Source of the DNA: Marsupella aquatica
Taxonomy: Eukaryota; Plantae; Marchantiophyta
Direction of reading: 5' to 3'
Length of the DNA: 64,000 bases
NCBI GenBank assembly: GCA_973895155.1
Contig: OZ316899.1
Location: forward strand, 15,837,974 to 15,901,973
Numbering within the stretch: the first letter of the stretch is position 1; each line of letters begins with the position of its first letter. A program made the position numbers and the translations under genes. Under the pieces are notes generated by a model. That model saw nothing but the letters and a program-made list of their open reading frames with translations, was not told the origin of the DNA and made no database searches. Shown here one piece after another: positions 38,001 to 49,026 of the stretch.

Positions 38001-38765
38001 ACCATCTGGTAGCACAGTTGTTCGCAAGAATGCCAACAACTCAGAAACCAAAACGTTGGGGACATTGTGGTTGCCGCAAATGTTCAGGAACATGATGACA
38101 AATCCCAGTTTAGAACATTTGCTACCGGGGTACAAAGACTTCCTGCCTTCCTGTATTTGCAGGGGAGAGCCAAACATCCCATCATGCCCAGGGGTTTCCT
38201 GCCCTATCTCAAACTCATCAAGAGGCTCTTCGACAGGGGGCACACTTGCATCTGCAGCCGTATCCTCTTCGTTGTCCAGCCCATCATGAAATGCATCCAA
38301 GTCTTGGAAGATGTCTCTCACCATCTCTTCCACATGAATTCCTTCGTCACGTGGTGCTGCCTGAGCACCATCCCGTTGGAGAGCTGACAACCCACAGAGA
38401 CCAGCTACAACATTTTCAAATGCACCAGGCAGAACCTCACTTGCCCGTCTTGCAGCATTGGCAACATCAAATTCTAACCTCCACTCCTCGTCGGAAGAAT
38501 CTTCCTCTGCAGGATCATTCCAAACTCGATGTCGTGGATCTCTTCCATGAACCGCAATATGCCGCCAAACCTCATTCAGACCCCTGGTACGGGATCCTTG
38601 GCAGATTGCACAAGGACATCTCATCCTACTGGCTCCTGAAAGTCTGGTTTGTAACCTTTCACGCTGCCAAAGCTTATTATCATGGCGTGATATCCTTGTG
38701 GGATGATGCAAAGGCAGTGCCTGTGCCCTGGGCTGGGTTTGGGGAGGGTGGTGACCAGGGTGCAT
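35034..38765 (-). CDS. CACTA TnpD/TNP2 transposase (Transposase_21, DUF4218, DUF4216), spliced
   Basis: RCPCAIC, SIHACPDGHVLFR, LRHFPLIPRLQRMF, RNVRLGLSLDGVNPF, TIADYPA, IDVMHIEKN, MKSHDYH, YFPPAFFDVMTHL, EPFVFPSQVEQAFF. Confidence 0.93.
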
Positions 38766-39297
38766 TGTAACAGGCTGGAAGCTCTGCAGTCATGGACAGC
38801 AGTGAACAGGGATGCCTAATGGTGGTATTTGTGTTCCATATATCCCTGACTGTATGTGCCAAAAGAGTTAACATAACGTGTAATAAATTCTCACAAACCC
38901 TAAACCACCCCAAAAGAAAAAAACAGGTTTGCGAGTAGTGTACCTATTGTCAAGTGAATGACACAAAATTCCTCAATGTTTGAGGGTGTCACCACCTCCA
39001 CAGCTGTCCTCAAATGTACCGCCTCTGCATGTACACCCATGACCATATCAGAGTCCAATCATGTATAGTCATAGGCATAGGTGTGAGAGCGGTATCAGAT
39101 ATCTCACCGCCGAGATTTGAGCCCACCCAGTACGTTTACAATGACACCCCCAGGCAGCAGGAAACAACAATCCGCCAACAGTAAAATAAGCCCAACTGCC
39201 ACCAACCATAACAAGGTACATTAGTTCAAAGATCACATTTATTTCAATGATCTGATTTATACAAAAAAACTTGTGTCCAAACTGATGCTACTACTCC

Positions 39298-40170
39298 TCA
39301 CTCTGATTCAGAATCGCTAATGACCCATTCCTCACTTGTTGTCTCATAGTCCTCTCTGTAAGGATCCTGACCCTTCCGTGGCCAGGCCTCAAAAAGATCA
39401 TAGTCCATTGGGTTTTGACACTTCCCAGCTGCTACTGATTCCACAAGCCAAGCATATGAAACCACAAACACATTATGGGACATGACATAAAAGCGAATGT
39501 CTCCCTTCCCAAACTTGCGGCAGACTTTGGGATATGACTTAGTAATGACATGAGTGGTGTCCTCTGTTATATTCTCCTCCACTGTCCCACCTAGGTCAAG
39601 CACCGTGGACTTGTACACTTTGCACTTAACCTCTCCAATTCCCGCCTCCACAAATACCATGCTCAGCCCTTTCAGAATGGGGGTTGGTTGCTTCGTCTCC
39701 TCAGCCAACATACTCTTCAGCCTTCTAGAGCTCTGTCCTTTGTTGAGTACAGGTCCATATTGGACATCAGCAAGCCGTGCCTTTGCTTCCCAGACTTCTT
39801 GTTCAGCCCAAGCTGATGCAGTAGCTTCTTCATCCTCCCACAGCTCATATTGCTCAGTATCCTGTACAATCTGATGTGCTATGGAATCTGTGATCCAAGA
39901 GGCCTCAACTACTTTTAGGCCTTGCTTAGTAATTGCAGAATTCATGTAGGACCATGACCACTTCTTTATCACTGATAGCCATGTCCCTGCAACAACATGT
40001 GTAGTCTCTGGAGTGATGTCCTGAACTATAGTGCCATGGAGCTCAGAGAATCATTTCTGTACAGTTGGCCAATGCACTTTGGTCAACCCATGCTGGCCAT
40101 GGACCAAAATGGCTCTGACCCCTGTAAACACTGCTGGGTGGTCACACTTTCTACGTTTCCCAGGCTCCAT
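39298..40170 (-). pseudogene. Tandem BRCT-domain protein carried by CACTA-C (one premature TGA at 40051-40053)
   Basis: Two repeats: VFTGVRAILV..LHGTIVQDITPETTHVV..VVEASWITDSI and ILKGLSMVFV..LGGTVEENITEDTTHVIT..VVSYAWLVESV. ATG at 40170 is in frame. Confidence 0.82.
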
Positions 40171-40762
40171 GTACACACACCCTACGTGATGACAGTGAAT
40201 TTTGGAAGAATGGGTTCACCTGACAATACAAGGACAACAAAATTCTTGCTTTTTGAGTTGATCTGGCCCACTGGTGCTCAGGTCCAATTTTGATAGGTAC
40301 AAGGGATATGTGAACAATACGTACTAGGCACCTGCACGGATGCAGGACATTGTTTGAATATATACTACAAAATCCATATCGAAGGTGAAATGAAGTGCAA
40401 CCAACTTGTCATGGCACATACATATTTTGTTGTAAAGGAGGATACGTTCAATGACAAACTTATAGGGCAATTTGATTAATCGCATGCCTGATAATTTATA
40501 CGCTTACAACTTAGAAGTCCTGTTTTAATTTAGCAGTCTGATGAAAGTGTTTATGAAAATGACCACTCAGCCTAAATACTTCCAAGAAGGCTTGTAAGGA
40601 TAAGTTTTTATAGGCATGTACCCAGCCACTGACGCCAGAGCACAAGATAAGTGCTGCCTATATAAACTCGCCTACCCAACTCCTTTTCAAAATTGGAATC
40701 TCTGCAATCTCAACAAATAGTACATCCACATCAGGTGCACTGTGCATGTACAATGTTCAGCT

Positions 40763-41443
40763 TCACAGCCAAGATATGTGATCTCTCACAGGAGTGCGCG
40801 AGGTAGGATCAATGGCATGGCGATGACAATAAAATATCCATCGATCAACACCATGTGCAGAGTGATCATAGATTTCTCTATCACAAGCATAACCCTCTGC
40901 TTGACGATCTTTCAGGCAATGATAGTGCCACATGGTGGGACACCTAGCACAGTGGACTATGTCAGTCCAGTACTCATGATCATGCTCACCACATGCCTTG
41001 CACCTATGAAGTGGGCAAGCTGTGGCATGAGCAGGCAAACACTCAAAACAGAAAAATCTCACACAAAAACGGTCTGGACATTTCCTAACATTTGCTGCAG
41101 CATCAACAGAGCCCTCATAGGACCCCAACTTCCCACACTGTGCACACTTAGCCTGCTTCTCCAAACAATCAGTGCACATCCAGTCTCCCTGGTGTGTTGA
41201 CGGGAGGCCCACCCCTAGACAGTTGTTTTCTGCAGCAAGGTCAGACTCCGGGTTGAGGTGGAAATGCCTCATGCAAGGGCCCTCACAAATGACCAGGCCC
41301 CCACCATCGTCACAAATGGCACAACAATGAGCTGCCTTCTGGAAAATCTGACTTGCAGAGAAGTTAGTAGCATCTGCCCCAAGTACACCTGTGTTTCTCA
41401 CCTCTGTCACACGCTTTTTGGCTTGAATTTTAGGTCGTGCCAT
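40763..41443 (-). CDS. Stand-alone PHD-finger cluster of EDM2/NSD type
   Basis: CAICDDGGGLVICEGPCMRHFH..WMCTDC..CAQCGKLGS..CPLHRCKAC..VHCARCPTMWHYHCL; 226-aa open frame. Confidence 0.82.
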   Translation of the reverse strand: MARPKIQAKKRVTEVRNTGVLGADATNFSASQIFQKAAHCCAICDDGGGLVICEGPCMRHFHLNPESDLAAENNCLGVGLPSTHQGDWMCTDCLEKQAKCAQCGKLGSYEGSVDAAANVRKCPDRFCVRFFCFECLPAHATACPLHRCKACGEHDHEYWTDIVHCARCPTMWHYHCLKDRQAEGYACDREIYDHSAHGVDRWIFYCHRHAIDPTSRTPVRDHISWL

Positions 41444-41454
41444 GCCTGCGCATG

Positions 41455-41598
41455 AGATAGACTCTACAGTTTAGCAGACTGCACAGAAAGTAATATATAT
41501 TTAGCATTTAAGGTACAAAGGCATTTAGATAGACTCTACAATTTAGCAGACTGCACATAAAGTAAAATATATTTAGCATTTAAGGTACAAAGGCATTT
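41455..41598. repeat. 72-bp tandem duplication
   Basis: agatagactctaca.tttagcagactgcaca.aaagtaa.atatatttagcatttaaggtacaaaggcattt x2. Confidence 0.9.
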
Positions 41599-42215
41599 GC
41601 TACTGCAATGAATTGGAATGGCCACACAAGGATGCAGAGCAGACATACTTTTGGTATGTTGAGCCCACACACAAACCTGATCCCCTAATACAATTGCTCC
41701 ACCAACACCTCAATTTTAATTGTGGCTATGATTCACCAAAGGAGATCTGCAACAACATTTCATGCATTTGAATCACATACAATAGTCGTGACATGTAAAA
41801 TGCGCATTCTTCGAAGAGGATTGGTATGAAGCAGTGTCATAAGGGTTGAAATTTATACATCCTAAATAGGCTATGATAGTGGTTGAGACAAATAAGTGAT
41901 GCATAAATCACATTTTACAGGTTATCACATGGCCCATTAATTCATTGAACGTTGCAATGTTCACCAGGTTAAAGCAGTCATGAAAACAGTCTTTCAATAG
42001 AGACTTTTATGCGAGTTTGCTAGCCTCTTAAATTAGGATATTTTGCTTAGTGCAGGCATAATAGGATATAAGTTATGTACTATTGACCCTAAACCCTGGA
42101 CCCAAAATTGCTCATACATCAAAATTTTAAGTAAATATCCTCTGTGTTGAAGTCAGAGTGTTAAGCTATAGGTCAATGGTATCTGGTCTGTGCATGCGGT
42201 GTGACAAGTGGTCCT

Positions 42216-42665
42216 CTAGAGCATGTGATCCAAACATGTGTAGACACCAAAGTCACCGGTGGTGGGGTCTGGGAGGGCAGGACAAGTGACATCACCAGGC
42301 ACACTGCAGGATGGCGAGTGGTTCCAGATGATACATTGTGCTCTGTGCAAAAATCGGCATCCAAGAGAACGGTCATCCAATTCTGGGCCAGAAGCCCTAC
42401 AGGTAGGACAGTCATATTGGCAACTGTGTACACACCCTTGGCACCTAATTTGTGGCGGGTCATGTACAAGAGACACAAATACCAAGGATGTCGGGAAGGG
42501 TACTGAAGCAGGTAGAGGCCGGCTGTAGTTGTTCCTGGAAACAACAGGGTACTCAAAGTACCATGCAGACTGGGCTGGAAGGATCCCAAGTCTGACATAC
42601 TCAAGGTGCAACATCTCTGCCTTGCGTGCAAGTCGCACATGTTCAGCGTTGCGGGTCCTCACCAT
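42216..42665 (-). CDS. Small Cys/His-rich hypothetical protein
   Basis: 149-aa ATG-initiated ORF co-oriented with the other CACTA-C genes (CQGCVHSCQYDCPTC..C..H..C..H..C). No family recognised. Confidence 0.4.
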   Translation of the reverse strand: MVRTRNAEHVRLARKAEMLHLEYVRLGILPAQSAWYFEYPVVSRNNYSRPLPASVPFPTSLVFVSLVHDPPQIRCQGCVHSCQYDCPTCRASGPELDDRSLGCRFLHRAQCIIWNHSPSCSVPGDVTCPALPDPTTGDFGVYTCLDHML

Positions 42666-43659
42666 AAGTGTTGCTTTCGTTGTGATGTCCTCTGTTCACG
42701 TCCTTTGATGAGCAAGGTGAGCAGGAGGTCGACTTGCCTTGCCAACAGCAACCACCTAAACTAATCAGTTCCCACTCATTGTCTTGGTTCCAACTACAGG
42801 TCATAGTATACACATAGCATGAAACGTGCATAGTACATATTTGATTCTGAGTTTATGAGTTTCCTAAGACAAAGAGCTTGGTGATAAACCCATATTCTCG
42901 ACGGACATGTATATCAATCGTATTAAAATCCTGTTTTTTCATCCAGAAAGACCGAAAGTCTCACCTTGCAGGTTGCAGCAGAGAGAAAATTCACTGGTTG
43001 TCGTGTTGTGCAAGTGAACCTCCACTGATGCCCCCGGTGTAGCCCCTCAGATGCAGGTGACACTTACCAACTCCCAAGTTGCCTGGTCTAACAGAAAATG
43101 CTTATATCTTCAGAACTTTATAGAGCAAGTACATGATCACATACTTCTAGATCTATTCATATTTGGAACTCTTGCCAACTACAACTCCCATTATGCACAA
43201 GCTCACATCAACAGAGAAAGATACAGAATGCAACTTACTAGGCTCTAAGCACCTTCACTACCTTGTTGAACCCAGTCCTGAAGTCTTTTCAGCGTGTTTG
43301 TTGTGCTGTCTCCTTTGGCACCCAACACCTTAGTCCTTGATGTAACAGAATGCAATTTTACAAGTTAGATGCTTTGGAACCTTCTATGGTCTTAGCTGAA
43401 TTGATGTCATCGTAAGTGGTGAAAGACAAGGAAGACGAAAGCTGGTTGAAGAGCTGTAGACAACACACTAGCATGAAGTGCTTCAACCAATCCACTGCCA
43501 AACGGAACTCTTACACAGTCACATTCTTTCAGTAAACAGAAACTCAATCAAAGTACAGACTCTGAAGGACCAAAGGAGGATGTTGTGAGTTTCTCTGTTG
43601 TTTAATGTGTTACCCTTCTAGTTTCAAAGTTAGCAAATGCTGAATAATGTGTCTACCAG

Positions 43660-44001
43660 ATCTTCGAAAAGAAGCCCACCACAATTAAGAACTTCGGTAT
43701 CTGGGTGAGGTATCAGAGTCGTACAGGTTATCCCAACATGTACAAGAAATATCGTGATACCACATTGAACATCGCTGTAGAGCAGATGTATGATGAGATG
43801 GCTTCTTGTCATAGAGTTTGGTTCCCTTGCATCCAGATCATCAAGACTACGACAGTCCCTGTCTCTCTGTGCAAGTGAGAAAGTACCAAGCAGTTCCATG
43901 ATTCAAAGATCAAGTTCCCCTTGACGTACCGCAAGATTCAACCTCCATCGCGAAAGCTAAAGACGACTTACAAGGCCACCAAGCCCAACACATTTGTTTG
44001 A
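43660..44001 (+). pseudogene. RPL18a: Captured last exon of 60S ribosomal protein L18a (eL20)
   Basis: [88 protein letters not shown]. Preceded by a CAG acceptor; internal TGA at 43876. Confidence 0.93.
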
Positions 44002-45699
44002 GTAGTGCGGGTGCAGGTTCCCAATTTTGAAACAATTTGGCTCATTTTATGTCCCGAGGGACTCCAGGAGTTTATGTATTGAGTTTCTAGGTCAGGATGC
44101 TTAATATAAGGAAATTCAATTTTCACTTCGTTCCCAGCTTCTACTAATTGAATATACACGAGATGGAAGCAAGAAGATAAGCCACAATCTAGCATCTTAG
44201 CCAAACACATTCGTCCCGACAAAGCAAAACTACAATCACACAGTGCGAGTTGTGTCTGCACCGGCACCCCCAGTGAGACTGATCAGCATTTGGACTGCAT
44301 CATTGTCTAGAGCTAGCAGTGGAAGGAATCAACATAGCTAGCAGTGGAAGGTGCAGTGGAGATAGCATGGGGACAGGGAAGGAAATGCAGGTTCCTTAAG
44401 CATAAATTTCCAAAAATGGAACAACAGGAAATGAAGAATAGGCACTGAAGCGGTCAACTAGACAAACGTTGTAACAAGGCAGCAAGCATTGGATTAAGAA
44501 GAAGCAAGGTTTCATCAGCAGAAGCAAGGTTTCATCAACAATGGCATTGTGAGACAAACCACTCCTTACAAATTTCTACAGACATCCTCCCCACTTGCAG
44601 CTTCTCGGCCAGGCTGGATTTCTTGTAAGAAAGATTTCTTGTTTGGTGAGGAAAGATCAAAAAGCAACTGATCAATGCCTTCTTGTCATCTAGAAGAGCT
44701 GGATGCAGCCCTGTCTCACATTTAATGTTAAACTGAATGAAAGACATTATGCGCATGCACAAAAGAAAGACATGAATATAATTAAGGTAGGTTTTAAGGA
44801 GCGGAGTCAGCAGTCAGACTTAGAAAGTTCAAATTGAAGCGCCATTAGTTTGGCGTGGTCAAGAGTAAATAAATGTTGGTCAGGGATACTCACCTCTTTT
44901 GAATGTATTACTGACTCAGCTAAGCCCAGCTAGACAGAAGTCACTCAGACCCACAAAAAAGTGAAGATCCACCTCCAAGCCGGAGCTCTATCACTTCAGT
45001 AGAGCAGCTTCTGGACGGAACCAACTCTAATCAGCCCCACAGAACACAAATGTTAAGGCTCCAAGTCAGAGCTCACTTCAGCCGAGGTGGACATCGCAGC
45101 TAGACCATTCAATATAGGCAGTATGGAGCCTGAGACTATGCTCATTGTTCAGAATTGAGGTGATGAAAGTGAGTTGGCATCAGTGGATACAATGAGAGGG
45201 GAAAAAATTCTGACCAAATCGCACCTCTATAATCAGAGAGGTTCTATTTCCAGGGAACTCATTCATTGACCAGAGTAATATGGCCCACATTTAATTAGAC
45301 TATGATAGACTCTTCCTCTGCAGACTCAAACTCGAGGAACCCCCACGGATGCCAGCATATACACGAGCTAGAAGCAAGAAGACAAGTCGCAATCTAGCAT
45401 CTTGGCCAAACACATTCTTCCTGGCGATAGTAACTGCAAGCAAGGGGGAGACAGGGAGAACAAGGAGAATAGGGAGGCAACTCACAATGGAGCTAGGTAG
45501 CTCATGATCAAGCAACTTGCAATTGCAGCAACAGTAGTCTTAGTAGCAAGCGATTGAGCTCCAAGAAATGACAAACCCGCAGTTGAGTCCTCAACTGACA
45601 AAATGTTCGCCACTCGACCCTCCTTCCAACTGCAACCGCCAGATAGTAGGAATAAGATAGAGAGGTTGCAGCCTTCTCAGTGATCCAATAGCACCTCTC

Positions 45700-45990
45700 T
45701 TACCACCTCCGCTCTTAGCACATCCGCTCGCACCTCCGCTTGCACCTCCGCTCGCACCTCCGCTCTCAGCACCTCCTTTGGCACCTGAGCCGCTCTCAGC
45801 ACCTCCGCTCGCACCTCCGCTCTCAGCACCTCCTTTGGCACCTGAGCCGCTCTCAGCACCTCCGCTCGCACCTCCGCTTGCACCACCTCCTTTGGAACCT
45901 GAGCCGCTCTCAGCACCTCCGCTTGCACCTCCGCTCGCACCACCTCCTTTGGCACCTGAGCCGCTCTCAGCACCTCTGCTCGCACCGCCG
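45700..45990. repeat. GC-rich minisatellite built on a 12-bp unit (gcacctccgctc)
   Basis: Alternating gcacctccgctc, gcacctcctttg and gcacctgagccgctctca blocks. Confidence 0.9.
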
Positions 45991-47297
45991 CCCAAACTGA
46001 AGCTACGTAGCAATCCTCAGCAGTGTGTGACAGAAGCACTCCACTCCAGCTCCACTCCGCTCGAGCTCCACTCCAGCTGCTCTCCGCTCGTAGCTCCTCG
46101 GCCAGACCGGCGGCCAGAGCAGCTCTCAAATTGCAGCTCCTGCCCGCCCACAGCTCCTCCCAGTCCTAGAGCTCGTCGTCCACTGCAGCTCACCTCTCCA
46201 CTCCGCAAGCCGGTCGCCCTCTCAGCTTGAATGCTCTAGAGCTTTGAAGGTAAACCTTCAAGCTCCAAGCGCAAAACTCCCCTACGCGAAGGAACTGCCC
46301 CGATCGCGAAGCACACTCCCCACTTTGTGAGACCGCGCACAATGTGACGACCTTCAGGCACGACGAATGTCCCCGTAATGGACAAGTGAGTTTTTCTGAA
46401 ACAAAACCCTCCGAGTTCCCACGCACATTGAACTGAACTTTGCACTCTGCTGGCGTGTTTAAACCCTAAACAAAACCCGCGCACCCTAAACTCGTGTCCA
46501 AAGGCACACTCACGCACAAAGCATACCTTAACACTTAGTGACACTTAGTGAACCAAACCCAATGAGCCTCGACCACTTTGCGTTGACATGAGCCGTTGAT
46601 ACACATGTTAGTACCCTAAAGCAAATTGGACACGACACTTTGTGAGCAAAGATTAAATGAACGCAACTGTAACCTCTTAGAACGCAACTGTAAATTAACC
46701 CTTACACATGCCACTTAGGGAGGGTGGACAAAGAATGGGGGCCAGACACTACTTTAGCCCTGAATTGAAAATGATATCACCCCAATATTCTTGTCAAAGT
46801 TGCCCATGAACTCTAAGGAATCCATTGAGCAGCATAAGACTTACTATTATAGAGGCAAGTACTCCCATGCACGTTTAATTAGGCTAGCTAGGATAACTAG
46901 CTACAATGCTCTTGACATGAAGACATTTAACTAGTTCTGCAACCCTAAACCCCCATTCCTTCTATGTGCACCTAGTGCTCCCGACTCTGCAAGTTGCAAG
47001 TCAAGGGTTGTAAATGGAACATTCCGTGATGTCTAGAGTGCATGTAATCCTTCTTGCACTCTATTTCAGAATGCCGTAATGGAGAGTAGCTTATTCAACT
47101 TACATATGACTGCCCTACTAGTGTTACAATTGCTACTTTATCAGAAGTTGTAGGAATGACTTTCACAAATATCCCCCAAAAATCAGTTGATAAAATGTAA
47201 CAACAATGACTCCCCTAAACTTGGAGTCATGTATTTTTGAAAGTCTCCCTAAAGTCACAAAGCATAGGGTCTCAAAAGGGGAGGTTTTCTTCTAGTG

Positions 47298-47954
47298 AAC
47301 ATATCAAAGTTCATTTGGGAAGAACATAGGTATTGGGATGACAAGACCACTGTGTTGATAGATGACTTACCTTATAGAACTTCAACAAATGCTTCTCATT
47401 CAGCGTTATTTCCACCTACATATGATGGAAATCAAAAAGACAATTTTCTTTTGAAAATTTTATGGCCTTGTTTGGAAAAAATGGAAATGGCCTATGATAT
47501 CCGTGCATATCTTCAATTAAATGAGCCAAAATGGTCCATGGAGAGTGCATCTCAAGATGAGATAATCAATGCTCATATCTATCTTCAGCTTCAAAGAAGA
47601 GGTCTTTTGAAAAAGTTTACACCGCCACAGATGATCAAATACGCTGATGTTTTGCACATTTCTCAATACGAGATCAGCTGGGGCCAGAAGCACTTGGTCA
47701 CAAATATGGGAGCTGTTGATAAAATGAGTTATGAAGAGGTTTGCAAGATTGGAAAACATCTTGGAATGCGCGGTTGGCATACTGATCATGCTTATGATCC
47801 CATACGGTTTTTGTCGTTGGTTCAAATGACACGAGATCTTTCTTCAAAATTTAAAAACTTGCGTACTCGAGATGGTTGTAATCGTGATAGAGAAGTAGAT
47901 AGGCAGGGAAAATTAGGAAATGCTCAAATAAGCATTGTTCAGAGTGTCCTTTAG
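47298..47954 (+). pseudogene. Continuation of the FCP1/SCP-like domain and C-terminus of the ParB-MTase gene
   Basis: NISKFIW..WDDKTTVLIDDLPYR..N..HSALFPPTY..KDNFL (HAD motif IV, LIDD). In frame with 30326 after the CACTA-C insertion is removed. Confidence 0.88.
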
Positions 47955-48408
47955 TTCAATTTTCTTCAATCTTGGCCGAGCGCCATTAGATAGAGTAGAC
48001 AAAGTTCAATGTGCAACTCAATTATATATAAATATTTGGTTTCTTAAAAATTTTAAACTTTGTGATTCCCTTGAATGATCTATTTTGACCCTCATTTTGA
48101 TCATGTAGTGAATAGTAGCACTATGTATTTGATTTTCAAACACAACTACGCAAGAATACTTGTTCATTTGAATGATGTTTTGAATATAGTAGTTGCACTG
48201 ATGGTTTTTTACTAAGATAGTAAATAATAAATTAAACTTGTACCTACATCCCAACATGGCTAAATTTTGAAGAATCACAAGCACATCTATCAAATTTGAT
48301 AACATGTTTGGAATTTTGTTAAATCAATTTTGGAAATTTAAATAACATTTTTTGGAATTTCTTGACATTATTTTTGGAATATTCATTACAAGTTTTGGAG
48401 AATTCAAA

Positions 48409-48434
48409 TTCCAGTTTTAACGAATTGGTTGATC
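48409..48434 (-). repeat. Right TIR of the GATC-ended element
   Basis: ttccagttttaacgaattggttgatc, the reverse complement of the left TIR with 2 mismatches. Confidence 0.8.
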
Positions 48435-48652
48435 TTGTTTGTTTTGTGCGATGGCTTCTCAAATGTATTGTTGAGGCTGTATTGCAAATTAGACCGTTAC
48501 ATTCTTGATCCAATATACCCCTCTGAAGCAATCAATCTGAAGCAATCAATCTAAAACCTTCATAGTTTCTCTAGGAATTCTTGTCGTTTGCTCATCCTAT
48601 GTGCTCTTTCTGGTGGAATGGTGGCTCATTTTGCAAGCACAAACTAAGCATA

Positions 48653-49026
48653 CGACTACGTGAAGCCAACTACTATCAGTTGCTTAGGCAAACACTCTAG
48701 GCGGGAGCAGATACCGACTATCAACTGAAGAAGGGTATGAGAAACGTCAATCAAGCTGCTCATTTTTGGGGATGCCTGTTCGAACGGGCAACTAAGTACA
48801 TTGGGACCTACGAGGACGAAGAATTGGAAAGAGTAGCTCGAGAACGGCAAAAGCTCCCTCGACTGTGGGAGCTGCAAAAGTCTGCCTTCTTAGGAGGAGA
48901 ACTCATCAAGGTTGAATTCCTGTGGATACCTACTGGCGATGAGCTAGACCACCTTCTGTTTTGCAAGAACAGAATTGTCGGCATCCGGGAAGCCATCAAC
49001 CGCTGCTGCAACATACACTGGGAGTT
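48653..49026 (+). pseudogene. Diverged fragment of the gypsy LTR-borne ORF
   Basis: NVNQAAHFWGCLFERAT.YI.TYEDEE.ER.ARERQ.L.RLWELQK matches 54740-55110 on the opposite strand. Confidence 0.88.

Larger units (their letters stand above)
30327..47297 (-). mobile_element. CACTA (En/Spm) transposon CACTA-C, 16,971 bp, both ends present
   Basis: CACTAGAAGAA...TTCTTCTAGTG termini with an AAC TSD (30324-30326 and 47298-47300). GTGAC/GTCAC subterminal repeats. Removing it restores the reading frame GPVFLKN-ISKFIW. Confidence 0.95.
17251..48434. mobile_element. Unclassified TIR DNA transposon (~14.2 kb excluding the nested CACTA) with GATC termini
   Basis: TIRs at 17251-17276 and 48409-48434 (GATCAACCAATTCRTTAAAASTGGAA, 24/26 match). 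Flanks CTGTTTGTCTT and TTGTTTGTTTT (9/11 match, both differences C/T). Encloses exactly two divergent genes. Confidence 0.78.

Noticed and set aside
45591-46230. Gly/Ala- or Pro-rich ORFs on both strands
   Set aside because: By-products of a 12-bp GC-rich minisatellite.
12170-47297. One 35-kb CACTA insertion
   Set aside because: The flanks TTC and AAC do not match. The AAC TSD and the restored FCP1-like frame pair 47297 with 30327.
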